Assembly (NCBI GenBank): GCA_016188775.1
Contig: JACPHC010000006.1
Coordinates: forward strand, 618 to 64,617
DNA length: 64,000 nt
Direction: 5' to 3'
Source of the DNA: Parcubacteria group bacterium
Lineage (GTDB): Bacteria; Patescibacteriota; Minisyncoccia; JACPHC01
The position numbers and the translations under genes are program-made. This document shows positions 38,010 to 47,802 of this stretch, in pieces; position 1 is the first letter of the stretch, and each line of letters opens with the position of its first letter. The notes under the pieces were generated by a model that saw only the letters and a list, made by a program, of their open reading frames with translations, had not been told where the DNA came from and searched no databases.

Positions 38010-38276
38010 CTATTTGACTGATTTATTCAAAGAAAGCGAGAGACGGGACTTTAAACGGCTGGCTCGGTTTTTTTTAATGAGATTAATTTTGGCGGATTTA
38101 TCCAAGATTTTAAAAACCGCTGGTAAATTTTTTTTAGCCTCGGCTATTTTTTTGCCTTTAACGAAAGAGCGAAAAATCTTGATCGCGTCTTTAAGGGCGT
38201 TTAATTTCTTTAAATTTTTTATTCTGTTTCTTTGGCTTTTTCTTAAAGCTTTTTTGGCTGATTTTGTGATTGGCAT
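38010..38276 (-). CDS. rpsT: 30S ribosomal protein S20
   Basis: MPITKSAKKALRKSQRNRIKN... Confidence 0.85.
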   Translation of the reverse strand: MPITKSAKKALRKSQRNRIKNLKKLNALKDAIKIFRSFVKGKKIAEAKKNLPAVFKILDKSAKINLIKKNRASRLKSRLSLSLNKSVK

Positions 38277-38298
38277 ATTTGTTAAAATAATGATAAAT

Positions 38299-38384
38299 AA
38301 GTATCCTTAGAAATTTTTGAGGTCGAGGCGCTTTAATGAAATTATATAATCCGCCGAGGGTACCTAAAAATTTTTAGGATACTT
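38299..38384 (+). repeat. Family-2 ~86-bp element upstream of the ccdA-like gene
   Basis: AAGTATCCTTAGAAATTTTTGAGGTCGAGGCGCTTTAATGAAATTATATAATCCGCCGAGGGTACCTAAAAATTTTTAGGATACTT. Confidence 0.8.
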
Positions 38385-38473
38385 ATTGAAAATATCATAT
38401 TCCAAAATAGGAAGTCAAATCAATCAAATTCGTAAATTTTGTTTGCAAAATAAAATTATGGTATAATTTTTAT

Positions 38474-39715
38474 ATGGAACAAAATCCAATGCCCCAAAAC
38501 TTAACTAATCAAACCGAAGCCAGATGGCGCTATTTGTTTGTTATTTTGGCTATTTTGCTTTTTCTTATTTTTATAGGTGGCCTTTTTTGGATTTTTACGG
38601 TTTTCAAGGGTTCGCCCATAGGTTTGGGCTGGTTTTTATTCAGTTTTGCCGCCGGGCTTTCAATGATCGTTCTTCCTTGCACTTTGCCTTTGGCCTTTGT
38701 GATCGTGCCTCTTTCAATGGGCAAGGGCTACGTCAAGGGATTTTTAATCGCCTTGAGTTTTGGTTTGGGCGTGGCCATTACTTTAAGTTTTTACGGGGTT
38801 TTGGCCGCGATTTTAGGCAAGGCGATTTTGGGAGCGGCGGCTGGAATCGAGGTGGTTAAAAATATTTTTTACGTTATTGCCGGTATTTTCGCCATTATTT
38901 TTTCTTTGGGCGAGCTGGGATTTTTAAAAATTCGTCTGCCGAGCTACACGGGCGCGGCCCCGGGGTTTATTCAAAGAAAAAATGATATTTTGAAAGCTTT
39001 GCTTTTGGGGCTGTTTTTGGGTAATATCGGCATTGGCTGTCCGCATCCGGCCACCCCGATTATTTTGGGGCAAATTGGCATCGTGGGCAATGTTTTTTAC
39101 GGCTGGCTTTTATTTTTTATTCACGCTATTGGCCGAATCATTCCGCTTTTACTGCTCGCGGTTTTAGGAATTTTGGGCATTAACGCGACCAAGGGCTTGC
39201 TCAAGCATAAAGACGCGATTGGCCGAGCCACGGCTTGGGGAATGGTTTTTGTCGGCGCTTTTCTTTTCACTTTGGGATTTTTTTCTCACGATTGGTGGGT
39301 CGCCTCCGGCACTCATTCGCTTTTGGAAGTTGTGACACAAGAAGAGCGGATTATTGATATTTTAGGCCAACGCTTAGGAGCCGGCCGCGGTCATGCCCAC
39401 GGTTTTGAAGAAATCATTGGCAAGGCCGGATTTTTCGGATTGCCGTTATGGCTGGGCAACTGGGTTTTTGTAGCTTTGATGGTTATTCCTATCTGGTGGC
39501 ATTGGCGGCGGGAAAAAAAACGAGTGGCGATTTTGCCGGAGCCGGAAAAAATCAATGAGAACAAGGTATTATTATGGAAAAAATGGTTTTTTATCGCTCT
39601 GACCATTCTTTTAGCCGTCTTATTTATTTGGGCGATTCCTCTTTGGTTCCGGCATCAGGCTGACGAACATAAGGAGATGATTGATAATCACGTTGGCCGG
39701 ATTGAAAATAAATAA
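38474..39715 (+). CDS. CcdA/DsbD-family thiol-disulfide transfer membrane protein (extended)
   Basis: Polytopic. The motifs are Cys1 in LSMIVLPCTLPL and Cys2 in GIGCPHPATP. Confidence 0.55.
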   Translation: MEQNPMPQNLTNQTEARWRYLFVILAILLFLIFIGGLFWIFTVFKGSPIGLGWFLFSFAAGLSMIVLPCTLPLAFVIVPLSMGKGYVKGFLIALSFGLGVAITLSFYGVLAAILGKAILGAAAGIEVVKNIFYVIAGIFAIIFSLGELGFLKIRLPSYTGAAPGFIQRKNDILKALLLGLFLGNIGIGCPHPATPIILGQIGIVGNVFYGWLLFFIHAIGRIIPLLLLAVLGILGINATKGLLKHKDAIGRATAWGMVFVGAFLFTLGFFSHDWWVASGTHSLLEVVTQEERIIDILGQRLGAGRGHAHGFEEIIGKAGFFGLPLWLGNWVFVALMVIPIWWHWRREKKRVAILPEPEKINENKVLLWKKWFFIALTILLAVLFIWAIPLWFRHQADEHKEMIDNHVGRIENK

Positions 39716-39736
39716 TTTTTAGTTTTTTAATTTAAT

Positions 39737-39822
39737 AAGTATTCTAAAAAATTTTTGAGGTCGAGGCGCTTTAATGAAATTATATAATCCGCCGAGGGTA
39801 CCTAAAAATTTTTAGGATACTT
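39737..39822 (+). repeat. Family-2 ~86-bp element upstream of the thioredoxin-like gene
   Basis: It is nearly identical to 38299-38384. Confidence 0.8.
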
Positions 39823-39849
39823 ATTGAACATTATTTTATCAAAAAGTTT

Positions 39850-40104
39850 ATGATTCTTTTAGAAGAAGTGGTGGCGCCGGGCTGCCACATTTGCAAAGAA
39901 TTTGAAAAATTTTGGGAAACGATCAAGGGAGATTTTCCCAATGTTGAGTTTAAAAAAATTGACGTTACCGCGCCTGAAGGAATGGCCATAGCCCAAAAAT
40001 ATATGATTTTCGCTTCCCCGGGAATTATTATCAATAATGAACTTTTTTCCACCGGCGGGTTTGACAAAGAAAAAATCGTGAAAAAATTGAAAGAGCTGTC
40101 GTAA
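39850..40104 (+). CDS. Small thioredoxin/glutaredoxin-like protein (CxxC = CHIC)
   Basis: 84 aa, APGCHICKEF. Confidence 0.5.
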   Translation: MILLEEVVAPGCHICKEFEKFWETIKGDFPNVEFKKIDVTAPEGMAIAQKYMIFASPGIIINNELFSTGGFDKEKIVKKLKELS

Positions 40105-40124
40105 GAATTGTTATCATTTTAAAT

Positions 40125-40562
40125 ATGTTTACCTTTTCCGAAAATTCAAAAAAATACGCCCCGCTTATTTTAAGAATGGGATTGGCTATTGTTTTTTTGC
40201 TTTTTGGCTACCACAAATTGGTTCAGCCCGGACAAGCGCAGGCCGAAGTTCAGCTTTTGCTTGATATTGGACTCGGAACGGCCGCGGCTTTGAATTATTA
40301 TCTTGGCATTATGGAGATTCTTATTGGTCTTTCGCTGCTTTTGGGCTGGCAGATTAAATATTTCGCGCCAGTCTCGGGGTTTTTAGTGATAATCATTTTT
40401 GGCTCAATTTTATGGAAATATGGCTTTACTCTTAGTCCGGAGCGCGTTGATCCGACGCTTTTTCGGGACGCGGGATTGATTGGCGCCTGTTTTGCTTTAT
40501 GGATTTTGGGAGCCGGAGCTTGGAGTATAGATGAATGGCTAGAGGAAAGAAAAAAGCGCTAG
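40125..40562 (+). CDS. DoxX-family membrane protein
   Basis: 145 aa with 4 TM helices and the DoxX-like LILRMGLAIVFLLFGYHKL. Confidence 0.55.
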   Translation: MFTFSENSKKYAPLILRMGLAIVFLLFGYHKLVQPGQAQAEVQLLLDIGLGTAAALNYYLGIMEILIGLSLLLGWQIKYFAPVSGFLVIIIFGSILWKYGFTLSPERVDPTLFRDAGLIGACFALWILGAGAWSIDEWLEERKKR

Positions 40563-40565
40563 ATA

Positions 40566-40967
40566 TTATTCCGTGACGATGAATTCGCCGGTTTGTTGGT
40601 AATGACCTTGGCCGCAGGGAACCGAGCAGTAAAAATTAAAAGTTCCGATTTTGGAAGCGATAAAATCAATTGTCGTTTCCCTTTTAGGAAAAAGACGTTT
40701 GTTGATGCCAAAAGTTTCCATGGCAAAGCCGTGATCGTAAGCGTCTTCGTTGAAAATTTTTAAAATCACCCGGTCGCCGATTTTAGCTTGAATGACGCGA
40801 GGATCCCATTTCCATTGATTTTCTAAAACCCTCATTTTGATTTCCAGAATTTTGCCCGAAGCCTGAACCGGCGCTATTTCCGGCGGCCGATAATATTTTT
40901 GATAAATTACGCCGGTGACGATTAAAAATCCGGCAAAAAGAAGTATTGTGACAAATTTATTTTGCAT
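40566..40967 (-). CDS. Membrane-anchored cupredoxin with a CuA-type (COX2-like) Cys-x3-Cys-Gly-x2-His site
   Basis: N-terminal TM helix. The motif FYCSVPCGQGHYQQ matches C-x-x-x-C-G-x-x-H. Confidence 0.5.
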   Translation of the reverse strand: MQNKFVTILLFAGFLIVTGVIYQKYYRPPEIAPVQASGKILEIKMRVLENQWKWDPRVIQAKIGDRVILKIFNEDAYDHGFAMETFGINKRLFPKRETTIDFIASKIGTFNFYCSVPCGQGHYQQTGEFIVTE

Positions 40968-41186
40968 AATTATACATAATAATCCGAATATTATTTACAT
41001 TATTTAAAGAAATGGATACCTATTCGCGGAACCGCTGTCGGCTCGCTCCTGCGGCTCGCCGCAGCTTAACTCTCGGCGTCAAAACTTTTGCTTCGCAAAA
41101 GACCAATCTTTTGACGCCTCCGAGATATTCCGCTTGATAGGCATCCATTTCTTTGGATTAATTTTTAAAAATTAATTTCTATAAAT

Positions 41187-43616
41187 ATGGAAAACGGTAA
41201 ATTAGAAAGAAAAATTTTTAAAGTCAGGGGCATGCATTGCGCCGCCTGCAAAAATTTGATTGAAAAAATTATTTCCAAACAGCCGGGCGTGAAACAGGCC
41301 GAGGCGAATTTCGGTTCGGAATCGTTGAACATCGCTTACGATCCGACTCAATCGACGCCGGAAAAAATGAACGCGCTTTTATCAAAAGCCGGCTATTCTT
41401 TAATTATAGCAGACGAAGAAGCGAAAAGCGAAGAGCTTTTTGAAAAGGAGCATGAGGCGGAAATTCAAAGCCTGAAAAAACGGACCATTATCAGTTTTAT
41501 TTTAGCCTCGCCGATCATTCTCTATTATATGTATGTTCATATGTTCAATGTCGAACATATCCACGCTTTTTGCTGGGGAGGCGGAGGGCTGATTGAGGGA
41601 TTAAAAACAGGCTGTTTGGGAGGCTCTTTGATTGATCTTAACTGGATTTTCTTTTTGTTGACCACGCCGATTCAGTTGGGCGTGGGCTGGATTTTTTATC
41701 GGAATTCCTGGACCGCCATTCGGGTTGGATCGGCTTCAATGGATGTTTTGGTGGCGCTGGGCACCAGCGCGGCTTACGCGATTTCCGCTGTCGGATTTCT
41801 TTTTTCCGATATTGCTTTTTTGAATCAATATTGGCAGGGATTGGATCATCCGTTTTGGGAGTCGTCAGCCGCTCTTCTTTCTTTTATCATTTTAGGCCGG
41901 TATTTTGAGGCTCGGTCAAAAGGCCAAGTGACTTCGGCGATCAGAAAATTGATGAATTTGGCGCCAAAAACAGCGATTGTCGTCAGGGACGGGAAAGAGA
42001 TTGAAATTCCGATTAAAGATATTCAAATAGGCGATGTGTTTTTAGTAAAACCCGGGGCCAATGTGCCGACCGATGGCGTTATTATGGAAGGCGAGTCGTC
42101 CATTGACGAGAAAGTCGTTACCGGCGAATCAATGCCGGTTGGAAAAAAAGCCGGCGATCAAGTCATCGGCGCGACTAATAACACTTACGGATTTTTGAAA
42201 TGCAGAGCCGTTAAGGTCGGCCAAGACACGCTTCTTTTTCAAATTATTAAAATGGTGCGCGAGGCCCAATCTTCAAAAGCCGAGATTCAGGACGTGGCCG
42301 ATCAAGTTTCGGAAAGATTTGTGCCGATCGCCATTATTATTTCTCTTTTAGCTTTTTCATTTTGGTATTTTGTTATGGGATTGGAAGTAATCCCGTCGCT
42401 TTTATTTATGATCGCGGTTTTAGTGATTTCTTGTCCTTGCGCTTTGGGGCTGGCCACGCCCACGGCTTTAATGGTCGGCACGGCTCGGGGCGCCCAGTTC
42501 GGCATTTTAATCAAAGGAGCGCAGGCCTTAGAAAATTCTTATAAAATTAACGCCGTGGCTTTTGATAAAACCGGAACCTTGACCAAAGGTAAACCGGCGG
42601 TCACCGATGTTATTCCAATTGGCAATATGACGCGCGAAGAAGTTTTAAGAATCGCCGCCATTGCCGAGCGGGGCTCGGAGCATCCATTGGCCAAAACCAT
42701 CGTGGCAGCGGCTGAAAATCCTCCTGAGCCGAAAAAGCTTGTCGCTTTGGGCGGCCGAGGGATAGAAGCGGAATATGAAGGCAAACAGATTTTGGTTGGC
42801 AATGAAGTTTTAATGGATGAGCGCGGCATTAATATTTCGTCTTATCAAAAAGATTATGAAAAACTTCAAGACGAAGCTAAAACCGTTGTTTTCGCGGTTT
42901 ATGACGGTCGGCCGATTGGCATTATCGCTTTGGCCGACACTTTGAAAGATTATGTTAAAGAGGCGATCACTGAACTTAAAAAAATGAAAAAAGAGGTAAT
43001 GATGATCACCGGCGATAATGAAAAAACCGCCAAAGCCATCGCCGCCAGTCTTGGCATTGACGCGTATTTTGCCAAAGTTTTGCCGGAGAAAAAAGAGGAG
43101 CTGATTGCCAATCTTCAGCAAAAAGGGAAAATTGTGGCTATGGTCGGCGACGGTATCAATGACGCGCCGGCTTTGGCTAAAGCCAATCTTGGCATCGCGG
43201 TCGGGTCCGGCACGGATGTGGCGATTGAAACCGGCGATATAATTTTGATTAAAGACGATCTTCGGGACGTGGTGACGGCCATTGATCTTTCCCGCCGAAC
43301 TATTGTAAAAATCTGGCAAAATTTTTTCTGGGCCTTTGTTTACAATATCGTGGCCATTCCGATCGCGGCCGGGTTTCATCTTTTAATAACCCAAACCGCG
43401 GGTCAAGCCTCGCCTTGGGTGGTCGGCTTTGCTCAAACTCTTCATTCTTTCCTGGGGCCGACAGTCTCGCAGATATTTTTAAATCTTTCCCAATCGTCTT
43501 TGAGGCCGGAAATCGCCGGTTTTGCCATGGCCTTTTCATCGGTTTCAGTCGTCACTAATTCGCTTTTATTAAATCGCTACAAAGAGCCGAAATTCGCGAG
43601 AGTGGAAAATAAATAG
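41187..43616 (+). CDS. copA: Copper-translocating P1B-type ATPase
   Basis: N-terminal HMA domain GMHCAACKN, the CPC motif, DKTGTLT, and GDGINDAPAL. Confidence 0.9.
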   Translation: MENGKLERKIFKVRGMHCAACKNLIEKIISKQPGVKQAEANFGSESLNIAYDPTQSTPEKMNALLSKAGYSLIIADEEAKSEELFEKEHEAEIQSLKKRTIISFILASPIILYYMYVHMFNVEHIHAFCWGGGGLIEGLKTGCLGGSLIDLNWIFFLLTTPIQLGVGWIFYRNSWTAIRVGSASMDVLVALGTSAAYAISAVGFLFSDIAFLNQYWQGLDHPFWESSAALLSFIILGRYFEARSKGQVTSAIRKLMNLAPKTAIVVRDGKEIEIPIKDIQIGDVFLVKPGANVPTDGVIMEGESSIDEKVVTGESMPVGKKAGDQVIGATNNTYGFLKCRAVKVGQDTLLFQIIKMVREAQSSKAEIQDVADQVSERFVPIAIIISLLAFSFWYFVMGLEVIPSLLFMIAVLVISCPCALGLATPTALMVGTARGAQFGILIKGAQALENSYKINAVAFDKTGTLTKGKPAVTDVIPIGNMTREEVLRIAAIAERGSEHPLAKTIVAAAENPPEPKKLVALGGRGIEAEYEGKQILVGNEVLMDERGINISSYQKDYEKLQDEAKTVVFAVYDGRPIGIIALADTLKDYVKEAITELKKMKKEVMMITGDNEKTAKAIAASLGIDAYFAKVLPEKKEELIANLQQKGKIVAMVGDGINDAPALAKANLGIAVGSGTDVAIETGDIILIKDDLRDVVTAIDLSRRTIVKIWQNFFWAFVYNIVAIPIAAGFHLLITQTAGQASPWVVGFAQTLHSFLGPTVSQIFLNLSQSSLRPEIAGFAMAFSSVSVVTNSLLLNRYKEPKFARVENK

Positions 43617-43619
43617 CAT

Positions 43620-44732
43620 ATGCTTCATCAACTCTCAGATAAAAAACTTTATCTCGCTAGCGTTTTAGCCACTAGCGTTATCTCCGCCACGGTTTTATTT
43701 TCTCAATCTCCTTCATCTAAACCTTTTCGCAATATCGAAGATTTTATTCTCTTTGGCAAAGAAGGTATTCACTTGGCTGAAGATGTCCAGAGTTTAAGCG
43801 GTAATATTGGTTCAGACAAAATTATAGAAATTCAAGAAAGATCAAAGATAATCGGCCATCTTTTTTCTCAAGAGATTAAATTAGCTGAAAATACGGAAAT
43901 AGATGGCAATATCATCACTCAACAATTAGAACAAACTCCAACAACTAAAATACTTGGCACCACATCAAAAGAAATAACTTTTCCCGTAGCTAAGATTCCA
44001 GATATTCCTGATTTTCAAATAGGCGTCCAAGATATTGAAATAACTCAAAAAGATTTTATTCTCCCAGCCGGATTGTTTCGCGATATCAAAGTCAAAGAAA
44101 ATGCCAGCCTGATTATGGCTGGCATTTATAATTTTCGCTCTCTTCGCGCTGATGACAACAGCGCTATTCTTTTTGATGGTCCAATTACAATCAATATTCA
44201 ATCCTCGTTTAGATTGGGTCAAGGTACCATTGTTACTCCTAAACTTTCTAACCTTTCTGTAAAAGAAATTAAAATCAATTTTACCGGCACTGAAACAATT
44301 CAGATTGGTAATCGTTTTATTTTAGGTTTTCGACTTGTGGCTCCCAATACAAGCGTAGATGTTGGCGAAGAAGCGCTTTGGCGAGGCTCAATTTGGGCAA
44401 GGGAGGTGAGGGTAGGAGAAAATTCTTTGATAAGCAAAGAAGATAGTTTTGAGAAAGAAAGCGATTTAACAAAAGTTATTGAGGATCAAGGATTGAAATT
44501 TATTAGTAATGAAATTTTGATTCTTTTTAAAAACGAAGCAACACAATTTGATATTCAACAAGTTGTTAATTTAATAAACGGTAAAGTAGTTGGATTTATT
44601 CCTAATCCGCTCATTGTTAAAATAGAGGTACCAATTCTTACTATTCAAGACTTAAATGATAAAATTCAACTAATTAAAAATTCAAATAATCCGTTGATTG
44701 TGGAAGTTATACAAAATTTAATTGGTAGATAA
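43620..44732 (+). CDS. Membrane-anchored hypothetical protein
   Basis: 370 aa with an N-terminal TM helix. Confidence 0.4.
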   Translation: MLHQLSDKKLYLASVLATSVISATVLFSQSPSSKPFRNIEDFILFGKEGIHLAEDVQSLSGNIGSDKIIEIQERSKIIGHLFSQEIKLAENTEIDGNIITQQLEQTPTTKILGTTSKEITFPVAKIPDIPDFQIGVQDIEITQKDFILPAGLFRDIKVKENASLIMAGIYNFRSLRADDNSAILFDGPITINIQSSFRLGQGTIVTPKLSNLSVKEIKINFTGTETIQIGNRFILGFRLVAPNTSVDVGEEALWRGSIWAREVRVGENSLISKEDSFEKESDLTKVIEDQGLKFISNEILILFKNEATQFDIQQVVNLINGKVVGFIPNPLIVKIEVPILTIQDLNDKIQLIKNSNNPLIVEVIQNLIGR

Positions 44733-45033
44733 ATTTATGGAGAAGAAATACCTTTTAATGTCGATTATTATTAATATTTTCTATTGGCTTATTATTTTAT
44801 TTGATATTATTGGAGATAAATACAATATTAGTAATATTTCAACTTTTGTCTCTATTTTTATAGTCTGGATTATATTTGTATTATTTATATTAATACCATT
44901 ACTAATAATTGTTGGTTTCATCTACATTTTTTTTTCTAAAAACAAAAAAATTGTTTTGTTGGGATTATTAATTAATTTAATTACCGTTAGTTTTTTAATT
45001 TTTTCATTATTCACTCTCCAGGTTCGAAGATAA
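44722..45033 (+). CDS. Small membrane protein
   Basis: 103 aa with 3 TM helices. Confidence 0.35.
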   Translation: MVDKFMEKKYLLMSIIINIFYWLIILFDIIGDKYNISNISTFVSIFIVWIIFVLFILIPLLIIVGFIYIFFSKNKKIVLLGLLINLITVSFLIFSLFTLQVRR

Positions 45034-45037
45034 AAAT

Positions 45038-46558
45038 ATGAAAAGATATTTTCAAAAATTGATATTTCCAATTATTATAATGCAATTATTAACTGCTTAT
45101 CCTATTTTTGCTCAACAATTTATTTTAACAAAAGATTTTTTAAATCTTGAAAAAATCAATCCTAATTTATTCAGTTCTTACAAGAATATAAAAATAAGTG
45201 AAGCGTGGAATATAGTAGAAAGCATAAACCCAATTTTTATTCGGCCAATCAAAATTGGAATTATTGATTCGGGTATTGATGATAAGCATCCAGAATTTCA
45301 TAATGTGAATTTAGGAAATACACCCTTAAGCGCTAAATTTGATCATGATCTACTTGGTCATGGGACTCAAATTTCTGGTATTATCGGCGCGAATAATATT
45401 TCGATAATATCTTCTCAAAATTATATAACTCCACAGATGAATGGTATTGTCAGTGGAATTAAAAATCTAGATTACGTTATCGAACATCGTTATGACGGCG
45501 GTCTTAATCTATTTAAAATTCTATTTAATATTTTTGAATTAGCAGCAATTGAGAATGTAGATGTTATTAATATTAGTTCGGCGGCTAGCCATTCTATATG
45601 TAATGCCATTTTATTAAATTCTGCGGAGGGCATATTTTTTGCAGCCATTGCCCCTTATATTCATACTTTATTTATTACAAGCGCCGGTGAAACCTTGCCT
45701 AACGTTTCTGACGCAGAATGTTTTCTTCCCGGCGCTTTAGGCGGTGGTTTATTATCATTATCCAATGTAATCAATGTTGGCGGTTTAGATTCCACGGTAA
45801 ATAATCGTTGGCCTAATTCGCCGTTTGGTTCAGCGGTTAATATATCTGCTCCGGCAGTTAATGTTTACGCTCCTCGTCCGCCACAAATAAGAGAATTAGA
45901 GGGGCAATATGATCAAAATTTCAGCGGCACCTCTGCTTCCGCTCCTATGGTCGCCGGTGTCGCTGCCATCCTTAAAGCTATTAAACCCGAATTAACTCCG
46001 AGTGAAATTAAAGATATTCTTCAAAAATCTGCCGATCCGATTATTACTGATAAACCTTTAGGCAGTGGCTGTTTTGATCCTAATAATAACCCTCAAGGAT
46101 TTAATGGCTGCAGATTGAACGCTTTAGAGGCGGTTTGTCATTTTAAAGTTTTAAACTGTCTTCGAGCTGGCAGCCCTTTAATTAGAAATTTGCCGTTAGG
46201 CTATATTACCACAGTGGCTGGAAGCGGTGGTTTTGGTCTTAGTTTAGAAGGGTTTAGTGGAGATGGAGGTCCAGCGATTGCCGCTCGTTTTTTTCAGCCA
46301 GTCGCTGTAGTTTTGGATAAATCAGGTAATCTTTTTGTCGCTGATTGGATAAATCATCGAATACGAAAAGTCGATGCTAAAACAGGCATAATTACCACAG
46401 TGGCTGGAAGCGGGAATACCGGTCAAAAAGGCGATAATGGTCCGGCCATAGAAGCGGAATTAGCAGGTCCTTTTGGAGTAGCTATTGATTCAGCGGGTAA
46501 TCTTTTTATTGCGGATACATTCAACCATCGTGTTCGTGCTGTCCGTTTAGTTCCATAA
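45038..46558 (+). CDS. Secreted subtilisin-like (S8) serine peptidase with C-terminal NHL repeats
   Basis: Asp is in IGIIDSGID, His in GHGTQISGIIGA, and Ser in GTSASAPMVAGVAAIL. The NHL-like repeats are NHRIRKVD and NHRVRAV. Confidence 0.7.
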   Translation: MKRYFQKLIFPIIIMQLLTAYPIFAQQFILTKDFLNLEKINPNLFSSYKNIKISEAWNIVESINPIFIRPIKIGIIDSGIDDKHPEFHNVNLGNTPLSAKFDHDLLGHGTQISGIIGANNISIISSQNYITPQMNGIVSGIKNLDYVIEHRYDGGLNLFKILFNIFELAAIENVDVINISSAASHSICNAILLNSAEGIFFAAIAPYIHTLFITSAGETLPNVSDAECFLPGALGGGLLSLSNVINVGGLDSTVNNRWPNSPFGSAVNISAPAVNVYAPRPPQIRELEGQYDQNFSGTSASAPMVAGVAAILKAIKPELTPSEIKDILQKSADPIITDKPLGSGCFDPNNNPQGFNGCRLNALEAVCHFKVLNCLRAGSPLIRNLPLGYITTVAGSGGFGLSLEGFSGDGGPAIAARFFQPVAVVLDKSGNLFVADWINHRIRKVDAKTGIITTVAGSGNTGQKGDNGPAIEAELAGPFGVAIDSAGNLFIADTFNHRVRAVRLVP

Positions 46559-46560
46559 AT

Positions 46561-47802
46561 ATGAAAATTATATTCAACAATTTTTATTCTCAATCACTTT
46601 TTCGGGCTTTATCGGCTCTAATCATAGCTATTCTTTTTATGCCTTTGGTATTTTTTCTCGGAGCAAGAAATGATCTTTTATTTCCAAAAGCGATTTATTT
46701 TGAAATTTTAGTCGAAGTCGCTTTAGCTGTTTTTATTAGTCTTATTTTAATTGATCGGCGTTTTTTTCCAAAAGCTAGTCATCTTACGGTTACGCTTTTT
46801 ATTTTTTTTATTTTTTTAACCTTATCGGCTATTTTTGGCGTTGATCCTTATCGAAGTTTTTTTGGCGATATTTTTCGGATGGAGGGTTTGATTACTCTTT
46901 ATCATTTTTTTATTTTTTTCTTAATTGTAAGTTCTCTTTTTAAAGTTAAACCCGATTTTATTTGGACATTATTAAAAATATCTTTTGGGGTTGGAATTTT
47001 GGCTGGATTGAGCGCGATAATTGAGCTAATGAGAAGAAAAGTGGAAATCAGCAGCTTTCGGGGCGGAGGATTGATTGGTAATCCAGCAGTTTTAAGCAGT
47101 TATCTTATTTTTATAATTTTTTTTGGAGGAATTTTAGCGTTTAAATCGAGAAATATCGCGGCGCGCTATTTCTTCGTCGTCGGTTCTCTTTTTTTGACCG
47201 CTATTTTATTTTTAACTCAAACTAGAGGCGCTTTCGTCGGATTTATTTCTGGAATAATCGCTACTCTCTTTTTTATTTTTTTATTTGAACCGCGAAAAAA
47301 GTTCGGTTTAATTGCCGGCGGAATTTTAATTGTTTTTTTTCTTGTCGGATTTTTGATTTTTATTAATCCCGATTCATTATTTGTTCAAAAAATTCCTCTA
47401 ATTAATCGCCTGACCAAGATTAATCGGGAGGATCCGACCACTAAAACGCGTCTTTTATCAATTAAAACTTCCTGGAACGCCATTAAAGAAAGGCCAATTT
47501 TGGGTTTTGGCCAAGAGCACTATGATTTTGCATATTTCCGACACTTTAATCTCGGTTTTACTTCTATTAGCGAATATTTTAATTTTGATCGATCGCACAA
47601 TAAACTTTTAGATATTGCGGTCATGAACGGCGTTCCGGCTTTGATTATTTATTTGACGCTTTTCTTCTTTATTTTTAAAATTATTTTTTCCGAGCGGTTC
47701 AAAAAAGAGGAATCGCCGGTTACGAGAAGTTTTTTTTCGGATTACCCATTGCTTATTTTGTTCAAAATTTATTTCTTTTTGACTCTCTGGTTGTTTATTT
47801 AA
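46561..47802 (+). CDS. O-antigen ligase (Wzy_C)-like polytopic membrane protein
   Basis: Multiple TM helices and the ...LTQTRGAFVGFISG... Wzy_C-like motif. Confidence 0.5.
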   Translation: MKIIFNNFYSQSLFRALSALIIAILFMPLVFFLGARNDLLFPKAIYFEILVEVALAVFISLILIDRRFFPKASHLTVTLFIFFIFLTLSAIFGVDPYRSFFGDIFRMEGLITLYHFFIFFLIVSSLFKVKPDFIWTLLKISFGVGILAGLSAIIELMRRKVEISSFRGGGLIGNPAVLSSYLIFIIFFGGILAFKSRNIAARYFFVVGSLFLTAILFLTQTRGAFVGFISGIIATLFFIFLFEPRKKFGLIAGGILIVFFLVGFLIFINPDSLFVQKIPLINRLTKINREDPTTKTRLLSIKTSWNAIKERPILGFGQEHYDFAYFRHFNLGFTSISEYFNFDRSHNKLLDIAVMNGVPALIIYLTLFFFIFKIIFSERFKKEESPVTRSFFSDYPLLILFKIYFFLTLWLFI

